Assembly (NCBI GenBank): GCA_964187785.1
Contig: OZ076409.1
Location: forward strand, 11,658,001-11,722,000
From: Amphiscolops sp. MND2022
Lineage: Eukaryota
DNA: 64,000 bases
Direction: 5' to 3'
A model generated the notes under the pieces. It made no database searches. It saw only the letters and a list, made by a program, of their open reading frames with translations, and was not told where the DNA came from. The translations under genes were made by a program, and so were the position numbers. This document shows positions 62,720 to 64,000 of this stretch, one piece after another (within the stretch, counting starts at the first letter, position 1; every line of letters begins with the position of its first letter).

Positions 62720-64000
62720 AAGAAGAAGAAGAAGAAGAATTTATTTATTTGGAAACTCATACCAAATGTCAAGGAACAAATTAGTATGTATTCCAAAAAG
62801 GACAGGAAAAGAGCTTTTCAGCTCATCTAGTCCCTGCCCTACCAAAAACAATTCTTTCGTTTCCAGCTGATCTTATTTCCTAGCAATTAGAAAAACAGTT
62901 CGAAAAGATCCTTGTTGTCTGCCACGTAGAGTGTACCTAACTTCCTAACGTAGTTTTTCGTTTGCTCATCTGATTGTTTCATCAAATTTGAGGGTATCAA
63001 ATCATTCGCTTTCAACCAATTGTAACATTTATTAAGAGCATTTTTCAAACTTTTTTCCTGCATTACTGTCCGGTGGGTGGTTGCTGGTAGAAGGCCTTTT
63101 GCTTTTCTCCTCGTGTTGTAATCATAGTTAATGTTTGTGGATAAGTAAGCACATGGTGAGTTTGATTTCAATTGCTTAAAAACTTCGTTAACAACTTCTA
63201 TTATATACAATTCATAGATATTAAAAATGGTGTACTTCGTTAAGATTTCGCACAAGGAATTTTGTGGTTTTTTGAAGAAAATTGCACGAATGATTCGGCG
63301 CTGAACTTTATAGATATTTTCCAAATGTGTTTTTCTGGTACTGCCATAATTTAGAAGGCCATATTTTATCACTGATGTCACATACGCATGGTAAAATTGA
63401 AGTAAAACTTTACGTTGATACATGTGCCTTATTTTGTAAATAAGTCCACAGAACTTATTTAGTTTTTTTGTCAAATAATTTGCATGCTCACGAAATGTTA
63501 AATTTTTGTCCAAATGAATACCCAAATACTTGGCAGATTTTCTGTTTGGAATTTCTTCGCCAAATGCCTTTTCCAATTTTGGTACACTTTTTGATCCAAA
63601 CGTAATCAGCTCACATTTTGATACATTAACAGTCAATTTGTTGGCCGCAAACCACTTTCTTAATTGTAAGATATCTTCACTCAAGTCATTGGTAGCATTC
63701 CTACTGATGTTATATACAGAGGTATCATCTGCAAATAGCGTTAAATTACTCTTTTCACAGTGCTGGGGAAGGTCATTTATATAGATTAGGAACAGGAAGG
63801 GGCCGAGCACTGAGCCTTGGGGAACACCAGTTTTTATTGATTTTTCATTTGAACTTGTCTTTTTCGTTATAACGTATTGTCGTCGATCAGAGAGGTACGA
63901 TTTCATGATTTCTGAAATTGGTCCTCGGTATCCATATTTCTCTAGTTTTTGTATCAATATTTGATGATCGAGGTTGTCAAATGCTTTTTGTAGATCTATA
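62720..64000 (-). mobile_element. LINE 3' portion with 3' UTR stem-loop and (TTC)n tail
   Basis: The minus strand ends AAATAAATAAA-(TTC)n at ~62720-62750. The 3' UTR has a hairpin GGCAGGGA...GAGCT-GAAA-AGCTC...TTCCTGTC. Confidence 0.85.
62887..64000 (-). CDS. LINE (L2/CR1-type) reverse transcriptase, C-terminal part, open to the window edge
   Basis: DLQKAFD, GVPQGSVLGP, intact FADD, KYLG; no stops in the visible part. Confidence 0.92.
   Translation of the reverse strand, partial: IDLQKAFDNLDHQILIQKLEKYGYRGPISEIMKSYLSDRRQYVITKKTSSNEKSIKTGVPQGSVLGPFLFLIYINDLPQHCEKSNLTLFADDTSVYNISRNATNDLSEDILQLRKWFAANKLTVNVSKCELITFGSKSVPKLEKAFGEEIPNRKSAKYLGIHLDKNLTFREHANYLTKKLNKFCGLIYKIRHMYQRKVLLQFYHAYVTSVIKYGLLNYGSTRKTHLENIYKVQRRIIRAIFFKKPQNSLCEILTKYTIFNIYELYIIEVVNEVFKQLKSNSPCAYLSTNINYDYNTRRKAKGLLPATTHRTVMQEKSLKNALNKCYNWLKANDLIPSNLMKQSDEQTKNYVRKLGTLYVADNKDLFELFF

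Overview
AT-rich, repeat-dense eukaryotic (invertebrate animal-like) genomic DNA, not prokaryotic. Host genes: (1) a single-ORF membrane-anchored protein with two EGF domains (EGFR-ligand-like; ORF 15664-17388, +). (2) A gene of at least 10 exons, about 500 aa, with three SH3 domains and a PxxPxKP motif (SH3D19-like; 45106-60385, +), reconstructed by hand with consistent exon phases and an unusual GTTAG donor bias. Mobile DNA dominates. There are three L2/CR1-type LINEs (1-1013 decayed; ~8170-11407 near full ORF2 but inactivated; 62720-64000 minus strand, cut by the window edge). A decayed Gypsy LTR retrotransposon (1014-7029, tRNA-Trp PBS) has two unusual traits: an ING-type PHD finger right after integrase, and a 3' LTR about 1.2 kb longer than the 5' LTR that carries a decayed ORF with NLS- and HTH-like motifs. 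At least four families of Helentron/DINE-like non-autonomous elements are present (subTIR + 5' IR + 3' stem-loop), two of them carrying tRNA-like Pol III cassettes. There are also many MITEs with readable TIRs and TSDs (Mutator-, hAT-, piggyBac- and Tc1-like) and foldback elements. All family assignments come from motif recognition by eye; no database searches were run.
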